Source: Eledone cirrhosa (taxonomy: Eukaryota). From it: 64,000 nt of DNA. The notes beneath the pieces are model-generated. The model saw only the letters and a program-made list of their open reading frames with translations, searched no databases and was not told the origin of the DNA. The DNA lies in NCBI GenBank assembly GCA_964016885.1, contig OZ024741.1, positions 184,512,001 to 184,576,000 of the forward strand. The letters run 5' to 3'. A program made the position numbers and the translations under genes. This document shows positions 13,715 through 29,635 of the stretch, one piece after another (position 1 is the first letter of the stretch; each line of letters begins with the position of its first letter).

Positions 13715-14059
13715 TAGAAGCACTCAACGAAAAATAATTTTCTGGAGTTATTAATATTAAAATATAAGTATTAATAAAATAGATGTCCTTTTGATCAATT
13801 ACATTTTATTATACATATTTCGGATGTACAACAGTACGTGCTCATCAGAGAAAATATAATGATACATGACATTGAGATGTTAAATGGTTAAGATTTAATC
13901 AAGGTAGTGATTAAATCTTAACCATTTAACATCTCAGGATATGTCATGTATCATTATATTTTGTCTGATGAGGACGTACTGTTGTACATCCGAAATATGT
14001 ATAATAAAATGTAATTGATCAAAAGGACATCTATTTTATTAATACTTATATTTTAATAT
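13715..14059. mobile_element. Fold-back element with one hammerhead per arm (family A, copy 1)
   Basis: Palindrome 13754-14059 centred at 13901-13908. Plus arm CTGATGA GGACGTAC-tgtt-GTACATCC GAAA tatGTA (13965-14001); mirror copy at 13811-13847. Confidence 0.8.
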
Positions 14060-14085
14060 ATATATATATATATATATAAATGTAA

Positions 14086-14186
<101 letters not shown>

Positions 14187-14220
14187 TGTATATACATACA
14201 CACACACACACACATACACG

Positions 14221-14268
<48 letters not shown>

Positions 14269-14344
14269 TATATACATATATATATGTGTGTGTGTGTGTA
14301 TGTATATATATATATATATGTGTGTGTGTATTTATATATATATA

Positions 14345-15648
14345 TATATATAAACGTTTGTATATGTATAATAAAGCCAAAACAATGCAGGTATGGACAT
14401 AGAATAAAGAATGCAAATGCAAAAGATATTGTTGACAATTAGTCTTTTACCTTAGATTTATTTAAATGTCCTTAATTTTCGAGATAATATCTCTGCTTCG
14501 GAGGGAAGTAAAGCGGTTAAACCAGTGTTCTAAATAGCTTGCCAACCATGCTGACAGGAAATGGTATAGAGTATCTGTTCTATCTCTAATGTCAAAGAGT
14601 TAAGGTTAGGTGGATAAAGAGTAGCCTCCCTTTAAAAAGTTTTTTTTTTTTGTACATGCCTGTTTAAGTGTGTGGGAGAATGCATGAAGGTGTAAGTATG
14701 TGAGTGTGTGTGTGTGAGAGTGAGAAGATATGTCTATACGTAAATGTGGGGGATAGATGCTATCTCGTGTTAGAACTAGTCTTTGTGTGTGTATGTGTGT
14801 GTGAGACAGAATAAGTGGAGGTGTAAGCGTGTGTGTGTGTGCGTGCTTGTGCGTGTGCGTGTGCGTGTGTGTGTGGGGTGGGGGGTATAAATATGGGGCT
14901 AGAAGCTCTATCCAGTTATAAATTGGGTGTTGAGTTGTAGTCTATTATTGATTGGTGGTTGTGTTTTGTCTATTATTAGTGCCTCCTTAATTCTAAGATT
15001 GCCGAGGTTTCTTTCCTTAGTTTCTATCCTAACTGTTATGGTTTTGTCGGTGTTTTTGCATTTAACTAGGTGTTTCTTAAATGAGGAAGCGTTAGTATTG
15101 AGGTGTTCTCTTATTCTTATGTGGAGTGGTCTGGTGGTGCTACCTACGTAGAAGTTGCTGCATTTGTCGCACTCTAGTCTGTATACGACGTAAGCCTGGT
15201 GGCATAGGTCTGTGTCGTTGATGGGGCAGTTGGCTAGCCTGCAGCAGTTGTCATGTCTGGTGGAGTGTCTTTTGGTTAGCTGTCCGCGTAGAGAAGGACC
15301 TGAGTGGGCCAGTTGGATATCTAGTCCCTCTCGTCTGATAGCTCTGCGGATGGCTGTTGTTGTTTCGTCACTGAAGTGTGGGAGCTTCAGGAAGCAAGTG
15401 TTAGTGCCTCGTGTGTGGTGTCCTCTGTTCTTTCTGGCACGGTTTGTGATGGATGTTGTGTATCCATTGAGTTTGAGTACTTCCAGGAAATGTGTGGTGT
15501 GTGTGTCTCGGTCTCTAGCGTCGGTGCATTTGTTCCGGATACGTGTTAGTTCGTTCCTTATGTATCCGAACTTGGCACCGAGTGGGAGGGCTGATCTGAA
15601 ATGTACGAACAGGTCCCTGCTGGCGGCTTTTTTATAGAAGCAGGTGTG
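14345..15648 (-). mobile_element. Second PLE family, 3' fragment (RT thumb, GIY-YIG, 3' UTR)
   Basis: Open frame 14908-15648 and downstream UTR, bounded by (TA)n on both sides. Confidence 0.85.
14908..15648 (-). pseudogene. PLE RT thumb, linker and GIY-YIG endonuclease (5'-truncated, frame open)
   Basis: [19 protein letters not shown]...[45 protein letters not shown]...[19 protein letters not shown]. The N-terminus of the listed ORF is only (TA)n. Confidence 0.9.
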
Positions 15649-15672
15649 GATATATATATATATGTATGTATG

Positions 15673-15806
<134 letters not shown>

Positions 15807-15829
15807 CAAACATTATATATATATATATA

Positions 15830-16052
15830 TTAGAGCAAACATCACGGGCGCTCTATCTCAAAATTATTTTTGAAAAGCATTAGAAATGCGCAACCGGTAA
15901 AACTTAATACCAAAACTGAATACTAGCCAATACTATTACTAATTTTTACTTATTCCTAATTAAACTATTTTTCACAGGGAACAATTTGTCAGCATTTTCT
16001 TTTCCTTTTATCAATATATCATAACTCGTGTGTTACACCTCTATTCTTTTAA
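15830..16052 (-). mobile_element. Terminal fragment of the element at 59408-60455
   Basis: Reverse complement of 59408-59631 (ttagagcaaacatcacgggcgctctatctc...actcgtgtgttacacctcta). Confidence 0.85.
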
Positions 16053-16373
16053 ATATATATATATATACATATATAAATAAACATATATACAGCAATTAAA
16101 AAAAATTGAAAAATAAGAATGCATTAAAGAACTGAAAGTGTGGGTATGGGGGAAGCAGATAAAGAGAGAGAGAGGGGCGGGGAGAGGTAGAGATAAAGTG
16201 GGGGCGTAAGAGGGGTGAAAGAGAGAAAACTAGTGGGGAGATACAGGAAGAAATAGCAAAAAATGGAAGTTGAAACAGAATTGAGAGAAATAAAGGAAAG
16301 AAAAATATATGAAGAGAAATATTTGGAGATCAAAGACAAAATAAAAATAGTAGTAGTAGTAGTAGTAGTAGAA

Positions 16374-16442
<69 letters not shown>

Positions 16443-16533
16443 AGAAAGGTTAAATATAACCCGAGGGTGATAGTTTTTAAAATATAACTTCGGTAAATAT
16501 TTAGTGCCGCCATAGATTTATTGTATCACCCCC

Positions 16534-16843
16534 GAACACCACCACCGCCACCACCACCACCAACAACAACAACAACACCAACACCACTACCACCACCAAC
16601 AACAACACCAACACCACCACCACCACCACCACCATCAATACCTCACCAACAACACCAACACCACCACCACCACCATCATCAATACCTCACCAACAACACC
16701 AACACCACCACCACCACAATCAATACCACCAGCAACACCAACACCACCACCACCAACAACAACAACACCAACACCACTACCACCACCACCATCAATACCT
16801 CACCAAAAACACCAACACCACCACCACCACAATCAATACCACC

Positions 16844-16875
<32 letters not shown>

Positions 16876-17215
16876 CACCCCCCCACCCCCACCATCAATA
16901 CCTCACCAACAACACCAACACAACCACCACCACCACCACCACCACAATCAATACCATCACCAACAACACCAACACCACCACCAACAACAACAACAACACC
17001 AACACCACCACCACCAACAACAACAACAACAACACCAACACCACCACCACCACCACCACAATCAATACCACCACCAACAACACCAACACCACCGCAACCA
17101 CCACCAACAACAACAACACCAACACCACCACCACCAACAACAACAACACCAACACCACCACCAACACCACCACCACCACCACCACCATCAATAACTCACC
17201 AACAACACCAACACC

Positions 17216-17247
<32 letters not shown>

Positions 17248-17394
17248 CAACACCAACACCACCACCAACAACAACAACAACAACACCAACACCACCACCA
17301 CCACCACCACCACCATCAATACCTCACCAACAACACCAACACCAACACCACCACAATCAATACCACCACCAACAACACCAACACCACCACCACC

Positions 17395-17425
<31 letters not shown>

Positions 17426-17531
17426 CCAACACCAACACCAACAACAACAACAACAACACCAACACCACCACCAACACCACCATCACCACCACCACCATCA
17501 ATAACTCACCAACAACACCAACACCACCACC

Positions 17532-17562
<31 letters not shown>

Positions 17563-18369
17563 CCAACACCAACACCAACAACAACAACAACAACACCAAC
17601 ACCACCACCAACACCACCATCACCACCACCACCATCAATAACTCACCAACAACACCAACACCACCACCACCACCACCACCACCAACAACAACAACACCAA
17701 CACCACCACCAACAACAACAACAACAACACCAACACCACCACCAACAACACCAACACCACCACCACCACCACCACCAACAACAACAACACCAACACCACC
17801 ACCAACAACAACAACAACAACACCAACACCACCACCACCACCACCACCACCATCAATACCTCACCAACAACACCAACACCAACACCACCACAATCAATAC
17901 CACCACCAACAACACCAACACCACCACCAACAACAACAACAACACCAACACCACCACCACCACCACCATCAATACCTCACCAACAACACCAACACCAACA
18001 CCACCACAATCAATACCACCACCAACAACACCAACACCACCACCACCACCACCAACAACAACAACACCAACACCACCACCAACAACAACAACAACAACAC
18101 CAACACCAACACCACCACCACCACCACCACCACCATCAATACCTCACCAACAACACCAACACCAACACCACCACAATCAATACCACCACCAACAACACCA
18201 ACACCACCACCACCACCACCAACAACAACAACACCAACACCACCACCAACAACAACAACAACAACACCAACACCACCACCACCACCACCACCACCACCAC
18301 CATCAATACCTCACCAACAACACCAACACCAACACCACCACAATCAATACCACCACCAACAACACCAAC

Positions 18370-18400
<31 letters not shown>

Positions 18401-18857
18401 CCAACACCACCACCAACAACAACAACAACAACACCAACACCACCACCACCACCACCACCACCATCAATACCTCACCAACAACACCAACACCAACACCACC
18501 ACAATCAATACCACCACCAACAACACCAACACCACCACCAACAACAACAACAACAACAACACCAACACCACCACCACCAACACCAACAACAACACCAACA
18601 CCACCACCACCACCACCATCAATACCTCACCAACAACACCAACACCAACACCAACACCACCACAATCAATACCACCACCAACAACACCAACACCAACACC
18701 ACCACCACCAACAACAACAACACCAACCCCACCACCAGCACCAACAACACCAACAACAACACCAACACCACCACGATTAAAACCACAGTTACAACCCATC
18801 GTTATAACCATCATCATAATCATCAACCTGATCGTCACCGTCATCATCATCACCATC

Positions 18858-18925
<68 letters not shown>

Positions 18926-18946
18926 CACCATCATCATCACCATCAC

Positions 18947-18987
<41 letters not shown>

Positions 18988-19052
18988 CCATCATCACCAC
19001 CACCATCATCATCATCATCATCACCATCATCATCACCATCACCATCATCATC

Positions 19053-19084
<32 letters not shown>

Positions 19085-19290
19085 CATCACCATCATCATC
19101 ACCATCACCATCATCATCATCATCATCATCACCATCATCATCACCATCACCATCATCAACATCAACATCATCATCACCATCACCATCATCATCATCATCA
19201 TCATCACCATCATCACCACCACCATCATCATGATCGTCATCATTATCAACATCACCATCATCATCCTCGTCATCGTCGTCGTCGTCATCA
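16534..19290. repeat. Compound (CAC/CAA)n minisatellite followed by (CAT/CAC)n
   Basis: Recurrent higher-order motif ccatcaatacctcaccaacaacaccaacacc...cacaatcaatacc; switches to CAT-rich at about 18800. Confidence 0.95.
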
Positions 19291-19346
19291 CCACCTCCAC
19301 TCCCATACCCCCCCCCCCCCGCCACCAAAACCACTACCATTATCCC

Positions 19347-19505
19347 GTATCGGTAGAGGGTTGGACGCCATGCTTTGCAGCAAAGAGTTACGGCCCTTTA
19401 TTATCTGAGTTCAAATCCCGCCTAGGTTGACTTTGCCTTTCATCCTTACGGGGTCGATAAAATAAAGTACCAGTAATGTACTGGTTTTAATTGCTGGCCT
19501 TGTTA
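19347..19505 (+). mobile_element. tRNA-derived SINE (major family)
   Basis: gtatcggtagagggttggacgccatgc...ctgagttcaaatccc (B-box)...ctttgcctttcatccttacggggtcgataaaataaagtaccag. Confidence 0.9.
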
Positions 19506-19511
19506 TTATTA

Positions 19512-20040
19512 TTATAAGCAGTTTTTATCTGTCTGGTGGCCATGGCGAAAGAGATAGTATGGTGGACACGTTTGAAAGGGCTGAAGACGAGCATTTACCT
19601 CTTCGGTGATGCCCTGATTGACTTTTTCAAATTTCATTTGAAAAGGAAAATCAGAGTAGAGAGGGAAGTGCTCTCTTCCCAGCATTTTGTTGAAAGATGG
19701 GTGAGAGAGGCAAGAATGGCCCGAGTGAATGGGCCTACTCTGAGTATGTGTCTGTAAATTAAAGGTGGAAAACTGGGAGAGGGCAGGGTCACTGTGGGCA
19801 GCAGGGTCACTGGTGGGCAGGGTCACTGGTGGGCAGGGTCACTGTGGCCTTTTAATGGGCTTTCTCCACAATTGTCCCTCCGAAGTCTCCCCCCTATTGG
19901 GGAATTTTTCATTGTTATTTTTTATTACATCCTCTGTTTTTTTTTTACACGCAGAAATGCCCATTTGTACCGTCCTGTATTGTCCTGTACTGTCCTTAAT
20001 GTCTACTTTATGTAAACCCTTGTGGTTAATAAAGAAAGCA
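19512..20040 (+). mobile_element. Tx1/L1-type LINE 3' end (ORF2 C-terminus and 3' UTR)
   Basis: AKEIVWWTR...KRKIRVERE....FVERW resembles Tx1/L1 ORF2 C-termini. The UTR has four gcagggtcactg repeats and an AATAAA near the end. Confidence 0.55.
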
Positions 20041-20049
20041 TTATTATTT

Positions 20050-20460
20050 TGGCAGTATCGGTAGAGGGTTGGACGCCATGCTTTCTAGCATAGTTACGTC
20101 CCTTTACAGTCTGAGTTCAAATCCAGCCGAGGTTAACTTTGCCTTTCATCCTTACGGGGTCGATAAAATAAAGTACCAGTAATACACTGGCTTAATTGCT
20201 GGTCTTGTGCCTAAAGTAGAAACAATTATTCTATAAAGTACCAGTAATACACTGGGATAATTGCTGCCCTTGTGCCTAAAGTAGAAACAATTATTCTATA
20301 AAGTACCAGTAATACACTGGGATAATTGCTGCCCTTGTGCCTAAAGTAGAAACAAGTATTCTAATAATTGTTTCTACTTTAGGCACAAGGCCAGCAAATA
20401 CCTCAGAGTATTACTGGTACTTTATTTTATCGACCCCGTAAGGATGAATGGCAAAGTTAT
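20050..20460. mobile_element. SINE with triplicated ~65 bp 3' end, followed by an inverted SINE 3' fragment
   Basis: Plus copy 20050-20230; aaagtaccagtaatacactgg...gtagaaacaa repeated twice more to about 20360; minus fragment 20365-20460. Confidence 0.88.
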
Positions 20461-20464
20461 TCTA

Positions 20465-22143
20465 ATAATGATGATGTTGTAGTTACTGATGATGATGATG
20501 TTGATGATGATGATGATGATGATGATGATGTTGATGGCGATGATGGTGTTGATGGTGATGGTGATGATGATGGTAGTGATGGCGTTGGTGGTGGTGATGG
20601 TGATGATGATGATGGCGATGGTGGTGGTGATGGTGATGATGATGGTGGCGGTGGTGGTGGTGGTGGTGATGGTTGTGGTGGTTGTGATGGTAGTGGTGGT
20701 GGTGGTGGTGGTCGTCGTGGTAGTGGTGACGGAGGTCATGATGGTTGTGGTGGCTGTGATGGTATTGGTGGTGGGGGTGGGGTGGTGGTGGTTGTGATGG
20801 TAGTGGTGGTGGAGGTGGTCATGGTGGTCGTGGTGGTAGTGGTGGCGGTAGTCATGATGGTTGTGGTGGTTGTGATGGTATTGGTGGTGGTGGTGGTGGT
20901 GGTGGTAGTGGTGGCGGTCGTCATGATGGTTGTGGTGGTTGTGATGGTAGTGGTTGTGGTGGTAGTTGTGGTGGTCGTGGTGGTAGTGGTGGCGGTGGTG
21001 GCGGTGGTCATGATGGTTGTGGTGGTTGTGATGGTAGTGGTGGTGGTGGTGGTGGTCGTCGTGGTAGTGGTGACGGAGGTCATGATGGTTGTGGTGGTTG
21101 TGATGGTATTGGTGGTGGGGGTGGGGGTGGTGGGGGTTGTGATGGTAGTGGTGGTGGAGGTGGTCATGGTGGTCGTGGTGGTAGTGGTGGTATTGGTGGT
21201 ATTGGTGGTGGTGGTAGTGGTATGGTAGTGGTGGCAGTGGTCATGATGGTTGTGATGTTTGTGATGGTAGTGGTTGTGGTGGTGGTTGTGGTGGTCGTGG
21301 TGGTAGTGGTGGCGGTGGTGGCGGTGGTAGTGGTGGCGGTGGTCATGATGGTTGTGGTGGTTGTGATGGTGGTGGTGGTGGTGGTAGTGGTGGCGGTGGT
21401 CATGATGGTTGTGGTGGTTGTGATGACAGTGGTGGTGGTGGTGGTGGTGGTGGTAGTGGTGGTGGTGGCGGTGGTGGTGGTGGTGGCCACGATGGTTGTG
21501 GTGGTTGTGATGACAGTGGTGGTGGTGGTGGTGGTGGTGGTAGTGGTGGTGGTGGCGGTGGTGGTGGTGGTGGCCACGATGGTTGTGGTGGTTGTGATGA
21601 CAGTGGTGGTGGTGGTGGTGGTGGTGGTAGTGGTGGTGGTGGCGGTGGTGGTGGCGGTGGTCATGATGGTTGTGGTGGTTGTGATGACAGTGGTGGTGGT
21701 GGTGGTGGTGGTGGTAGTGGTGGTGGTGGCGGTGGTGGTGGTGGTGGCCATGATGGTTGTGGTGGTTGTGATGACAGTGGTGGTGGTGGTGGTGGTGGTG
21801 GTAGTGGTGGTGGTGGCGGTGGTGGTGGTGGTGGCCACGATGGTTGTGGTGGTTGTGATGACAGTGGTGGTGGTGGTGGTGGTGGTGGTAGTGGCGGTGG
21901 TGGCGGTGGTGGTGGCGGTGGTCACGATGGTTGTGGTGGTTGTGATGACAGTGGTGGTGGTGGTGGTGGTGGTGGTGGTGGTGGCGGTGGTGGTGGCGGT
22001 GGTCATGATGGTTGTGGTGGTTGTGATGACAGTGGTGGTGGTGGTGGTGGTGGTGGTAGTGGTGGTGGTGGCGGTGGCGGTGGTGGCCACGATGGTTGTG
22101 ATGGTGGTGTGTCTGGCAGTGAGAGTGTCATTGAAGGTAAAGG

Positions 22144-22175
<32 letters not shown>

Positions 22176-22657
22176 GTGGTTATTATGATGATGGGGATGA
22201 CGATGACTATTAGGACGTTGACATTCTAAAATGAAGATAGAGATGATGATGATGATGATTGCTACGATTTCCAGAACGATGACACCGAGTAATGTTAAAG
22301 CATAAAGTGATGATGATGATGATGGTGATGATGATAATGAGTGAGGGGGGGGGGGGAGTAAGAAGTGGAAGATTAAATTGATTACGATAGTCATCGTTGG
22401 GATAATAGTGATGACAATGATGCTGATGATGATGATGACAATGATGATGATGGTGAAGGTGATGATGGTGTTGGTGATGGTGATGATGATGATGACGACG
22501 ATGATGGCGATGATGATGATGGTGATGGTGATGATGGTGATGATGATGATGGTGATGACGATGATGATGGTGACGATGGTGACGATGGTGATGATGATGG
22601 TGATGATGATGGTGATGGTGATGGTGATGATGATGATGGTGATGGTGATGATGATGA
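20465..22657. repeat. Compound (GAT/GGT)n minisatellite with ~87 bp higher-order unit
   Basis: Unit gatggttgtggtggttgtgatgacagt(ggt)n...ggccac repeated about eight times in 21400-22090; GAT-rich flanks. Confidence 0.95.
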
Positions 22658-22789
22658 GGCGGGGGAGGAGGTGCGAGATGTTGATATTGCCACGAGGACA
22701 ATGCAAACACAACTGCAAATATGGGCTTTTGTAAATAAACACTCTCACACAAACATAAATGCTATAAAAGACCATAACACTATAATGCA

Positions 22790-25270
<2,481 letters not shown>

Positions 25271-26509
25271 AGATTACAGTAATCAAAGTTCAGTTTAAGT
25301 CATTTATTTGCTTACAATTGTTTCCTCCAAACCGAGGTTTGGATTCTTCGGAGCAACTATTTATAACATACTTGACCTCCTTTTCAACCCAAGAGACACA
25401 TAAAACATATGCGCATATTGATCAACAGTGGGGTGACATTCATCAAATGAAACAGCATGGCAATTTACATATAAAGTGTTACATGATAAAAATAAAATAA
25501 AATAAAATAAAATAAAAGCAAGAGTGAAAATAAAGATAAACATGAAGCGTTGGCAGTCTATGAAGATAAAGCAAGAGGAAAGCTTAGAGTAGTCAGTGCA
25601 TGAAGCAATCTCCCGTGTAGCATGCACGCTTGTCTTATCTATACATGATTAGAGTGCGTCAGAATGATATTTGCAGGGTCAGGCAGTTGAAGCAGGCAAT
25701 CGATCTAATAATATAGGCTGAATTAATAAGTCATTAATTCTCATACATCTGTATGATATACAGTCTCGGATGCGGGGAAACACCAAAATATCAAAAACCT
25801 TCAACATACTATAAACCTTATTGTATCGTAGGCAAGGTCGTACCACTGTGCTTGCTCACACCACCAGTCACATAATCCATGAGACGCAATATATATATAG
25901 AGAACACGCGTCTATCGTATAATTCGCAGTGGTTCAGCATATAGTCAAGCTATAAACGGTATCCAGTCGGTTCTTAATTAATATATCATGCTGTCCAAAT
26001 TCCGGAAGTGCCTGAATGATTAAGGGGAATTAATGCGTAAGGGGAGGTAACTAGCTAGTTATTTTAGTTACATTACTATGCTAAACTACATTAATGGTGA
26101 TTCAAATACGTGCCTATCATGTGAAGTTATAACTAATATCTAGAGTATGGTACCCATTTATAAGTTAGAGAGTTGTTCATTAAGAAGTACAAGGGTGTAA
26201 ATACTAGGACGATTGCAAACCAATAATTAAGGGGTGTCATATCTGAACGTTCTATAAGAGGAGTCGGACTCTCAAGTCACTGCTCATGCAAATGTAATAC
26301 AACAGTAGGACCTGGTATGGTCCCACTATTATATATGCAATATAACTGCTCTGTATAACAACTGATGTTATTACATTGAGCTATTTAACTTACTGGTAAT
26401 AGGATAGTAATTAAAGACTATCTCTCACTATTTAGGGTTTGTGTATATATAATATATTACCATCAAAGGTTTTATTGCATACATAACCATAAATAATACC
26501 CTTAATACT

Positions 26510-26599
<90 letters not shown>

Positions 26600-26604
26600 A
26601 TATT

Positions 26605-26649
<45 letters not shown>

Positions 26650-26763
26650 ATTATCTTATGTCGTTTATTACATAACTAATAAGCGCTGTATCCTACATTG
26701 AGCACTCTTTTTTCCTGTACCTTTTCGACGGAAATACTTCATTTACAAACACACACACACACC

Positions 26764-26820
<57 letters not shown>

Positions 26821-26861
26821 GTAATGTGAGTTTTTCGAATAATAATAATATTCGATTCGTT

Positions 26862-27089
26862 TGCAATTATGCAAGCAAGCCTCATTTTTAAAGCCATGTC
26901 AGTAGAACGAGTCCCTCACAACCTCACGATTGCGAATACTCAGTTCTCTAACCACTCAGCCACTATATATATATATATATATATATAGTGGCTGAGTGGT
27001 TAGAGAACTTAGTATTCGCAATCGTGAGGTTGTGAGGGACTCGTTCTACTGACATGGCTTTAAAAATGAGGCTTGCTTGCATAATTGCA
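26862..27089. repeat. Near-perfect palindrome of a tRNA-like SINE head around a (TA)n centre
   Basis: Arms of about 102 bp with one mismatch seen; the arm begins gtggctgagtggttagag (A-box-like). Confidence 0.9.
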
Positions 27090-27196
27090 TATATATATAT
27101 ATATATATAGGGATATTATTATTCATGAATCCTAACTAATCATTTGTCGGTAACATTACAGTTAATGTCAAATACCCGCCCCCCCCCCCCCCCCCC

Positions 27197-27230
<34 letters not shown>

Positions 27231-27236
<6 letters not shown>

Positions 27237-27640
27237 TAAAAGAAAACAAAATGCTGACAAATTGTTCCCAGTGAAAAATAGTTTAATTAGGAATAAGTAA
27301 AAATTAGTAATAAGTATTGGTTAGCATTCAGTTTTAGTTTTAAGTTTTTACCGGTTGCGCATTTCTAATGCTTTTCAAAAATAATTTTGAGATAGAGCGC
27401 TCGTAATGTTTGCTCTAATCAGATTAGAGTAAACATCACGAGCGCTCTATCTCAAAATTATTTTTGAAAAGCATTAGAAATGCGCAACCGGTAAAAACTT
27501 AAAACTAAAACTGAATGCTAACCAATACTTATTACTAATTTTTACTTATTCCTAATTAAACTATTTTTCACTGGGAACAATTTGTCAGCACTTTCTTTTC
27601 CTTTTACTAATATATCACAACTCGTGTGTTACACCTCTAT

Positions 27641-27646
<6 letters not shown>
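27231..27646. repeat. Palindrome built from the terminus of the 59408-60455 element
   Basis: Arms of about 190 bp centred on aatcagatt (27417-27425) with few mismatches; flanked by (TA)n. Confidence 0.9.
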
Positions 27647-27685
<39 letters not shown>

Positions 27686-27813
27686 TAAGAGCAAAGCACG
27701 AACGGGGGATATCACATCAGTTGCCTTCTGGAGATCAGGAATATTTCTACTCTTCAAAGACAATATGTCTAACTCTAGTGCGTCAATAACTGAAGGAAGT
27801 TATTGGTGGAAAA

Positions 27814-27915
<102 letters not shown>

Positions 27916-28829
27916 AGATGGGGAAACAGAAAGAAATAAAGGATAAAAAACGGAACTAAAACGGAAGACAACATACCGAAACCACATATATGTGTGTGTA
28001 TATATATATACATATATTTGTTTATAAATATATATATCAATACATGCATATAGGTAATTGTGAAGTCAACGTTTTAATAACATAAACAATAAAGGTTGGA
28101 CAATGATTTATTATTTTTTAGATATAAATTTATAATTTCATCATCGCATGTACATTATTCTGCATTATTCAATATATTCCAATGACTATTATTTTTCTTT
28201 TAATACTATTTTTAGGAGGTTCAGTGATCCCAGAGAAGCTTTTTATTTTGATCTCCGATTGGTGTCAGTGTTGTTGTATGTGGTGATGGAATGAAAACAT
28301 CCAAACATTCATTTATAATGAGTACGTCAACTAAGTGCAATGCAGAGCCAAAAGCCATCAAAAGAGCTTGTACAAACCGTCATAGAAGAGAAACTACAAG
28401 ACCTTAAAATACAAAACAAGAATACAACGTAAGAAAAAAATCATCGTTGATGTTGATGTCCATGTTACACAACCAACGGCAACAGTTTGTTTATTTAATT
28501 TACAACTAAGTCTCTATGGCACCAGTCTACAATTATTGTTTCACTATTTTCTTACTATGTAAAATTTTCATTTTTCTTCTCTAATTTCAGTCTTTGTTTC
28601 AGATTTTTTTCCCTTAATTTTTTTTAAATATTGCTTTTTCTTTGTCTAGGATAGGCAATGTAAATGTCAGCCTTTTACCTTCAATCATTGATCACCAAAT
28701 AAAGCTGTGTAAACGACAGGGTGTGTTGTGTTTGTGCGGTGGATATTTAAATAAGTATTCTCCACAGCGAGATTGAATCTGATTTTTACACACACACACA
28801 CACACACGCACATATATATATATATATAT

Positions 28830-29210
28830 TTCCGTGGGTACCTAGTACCTACTGGGATATCTTTATCATTTATCTTATTCTCCTTTATGTAGAGAAAAAA
28901 TGCTGTATCATGCTGCTATTTCTAGCAGCATGAAATATCAGCGAGTCTATAATTCCCGCTTTTTCTAACGGTCCAATAAGTGTGTGGGTCATTTTAACGG
29001 CTTGATTCATTCACTGGACAGAGGGTGATATATCTACATCTATACGGACTTATGTCTAGTAGATTTGGAAAAGCCACCTGAAGAACTATATCTTTCCATT
29101 GGAAATTCTCTGAATTTCCAATCTTTTCATAAGCGAAACCGTCGGTCATGGCACTAGAAGAGGTGAATATTTAAATCGTATTTTAATTTATTTGAAAGAT
29201 TGTTTAATGT
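28830..29210 (+). mobile_element. Diverged relative of the 10388-10946 unit, with hammerhead motif
   Basis: gccac CTGAAGA (29077-29083)...attggaaatt-ctctg-aatttccaat...GAAACCGTC ggtcatggc. Confidence 0.55.
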
Positions 29211-29400
29211 TTACTTGTTCCGCTCATATATGTATAGAAGGTATCCCAAAAATGTATATACACTTTGATTACCTGTACAGGCAATATTTATTAGAATGTT
29301 GTTAAAGTGTGTATACATTTTTGTATACACACACGCGCACACACACGCACACACACGCACACACACATACACACACGCACACACACACACACACGCACAT

Positions 29401-29435
<35 letters not shown>

Positions 29436-29448
29436 GTAATAATAATAA

Positions 29449-29635
<187 letters not shown>

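Noticed and set aside
16521-17504. 327 aa Pro/Thr/His/Gln-rich ORF as a real protein
   Set aside because: Entirely within a frame-shifting CAC/CAA minisatellite; starts at TTG with no supporting exon signals.
20170-20360. Three ~65 bp direct repeats resembling a CRISPR array
   Set aside because: They are head-to-tail duplications of the SINE 3' end with no unique spacers, in a eukaryotic context with no cas genes.
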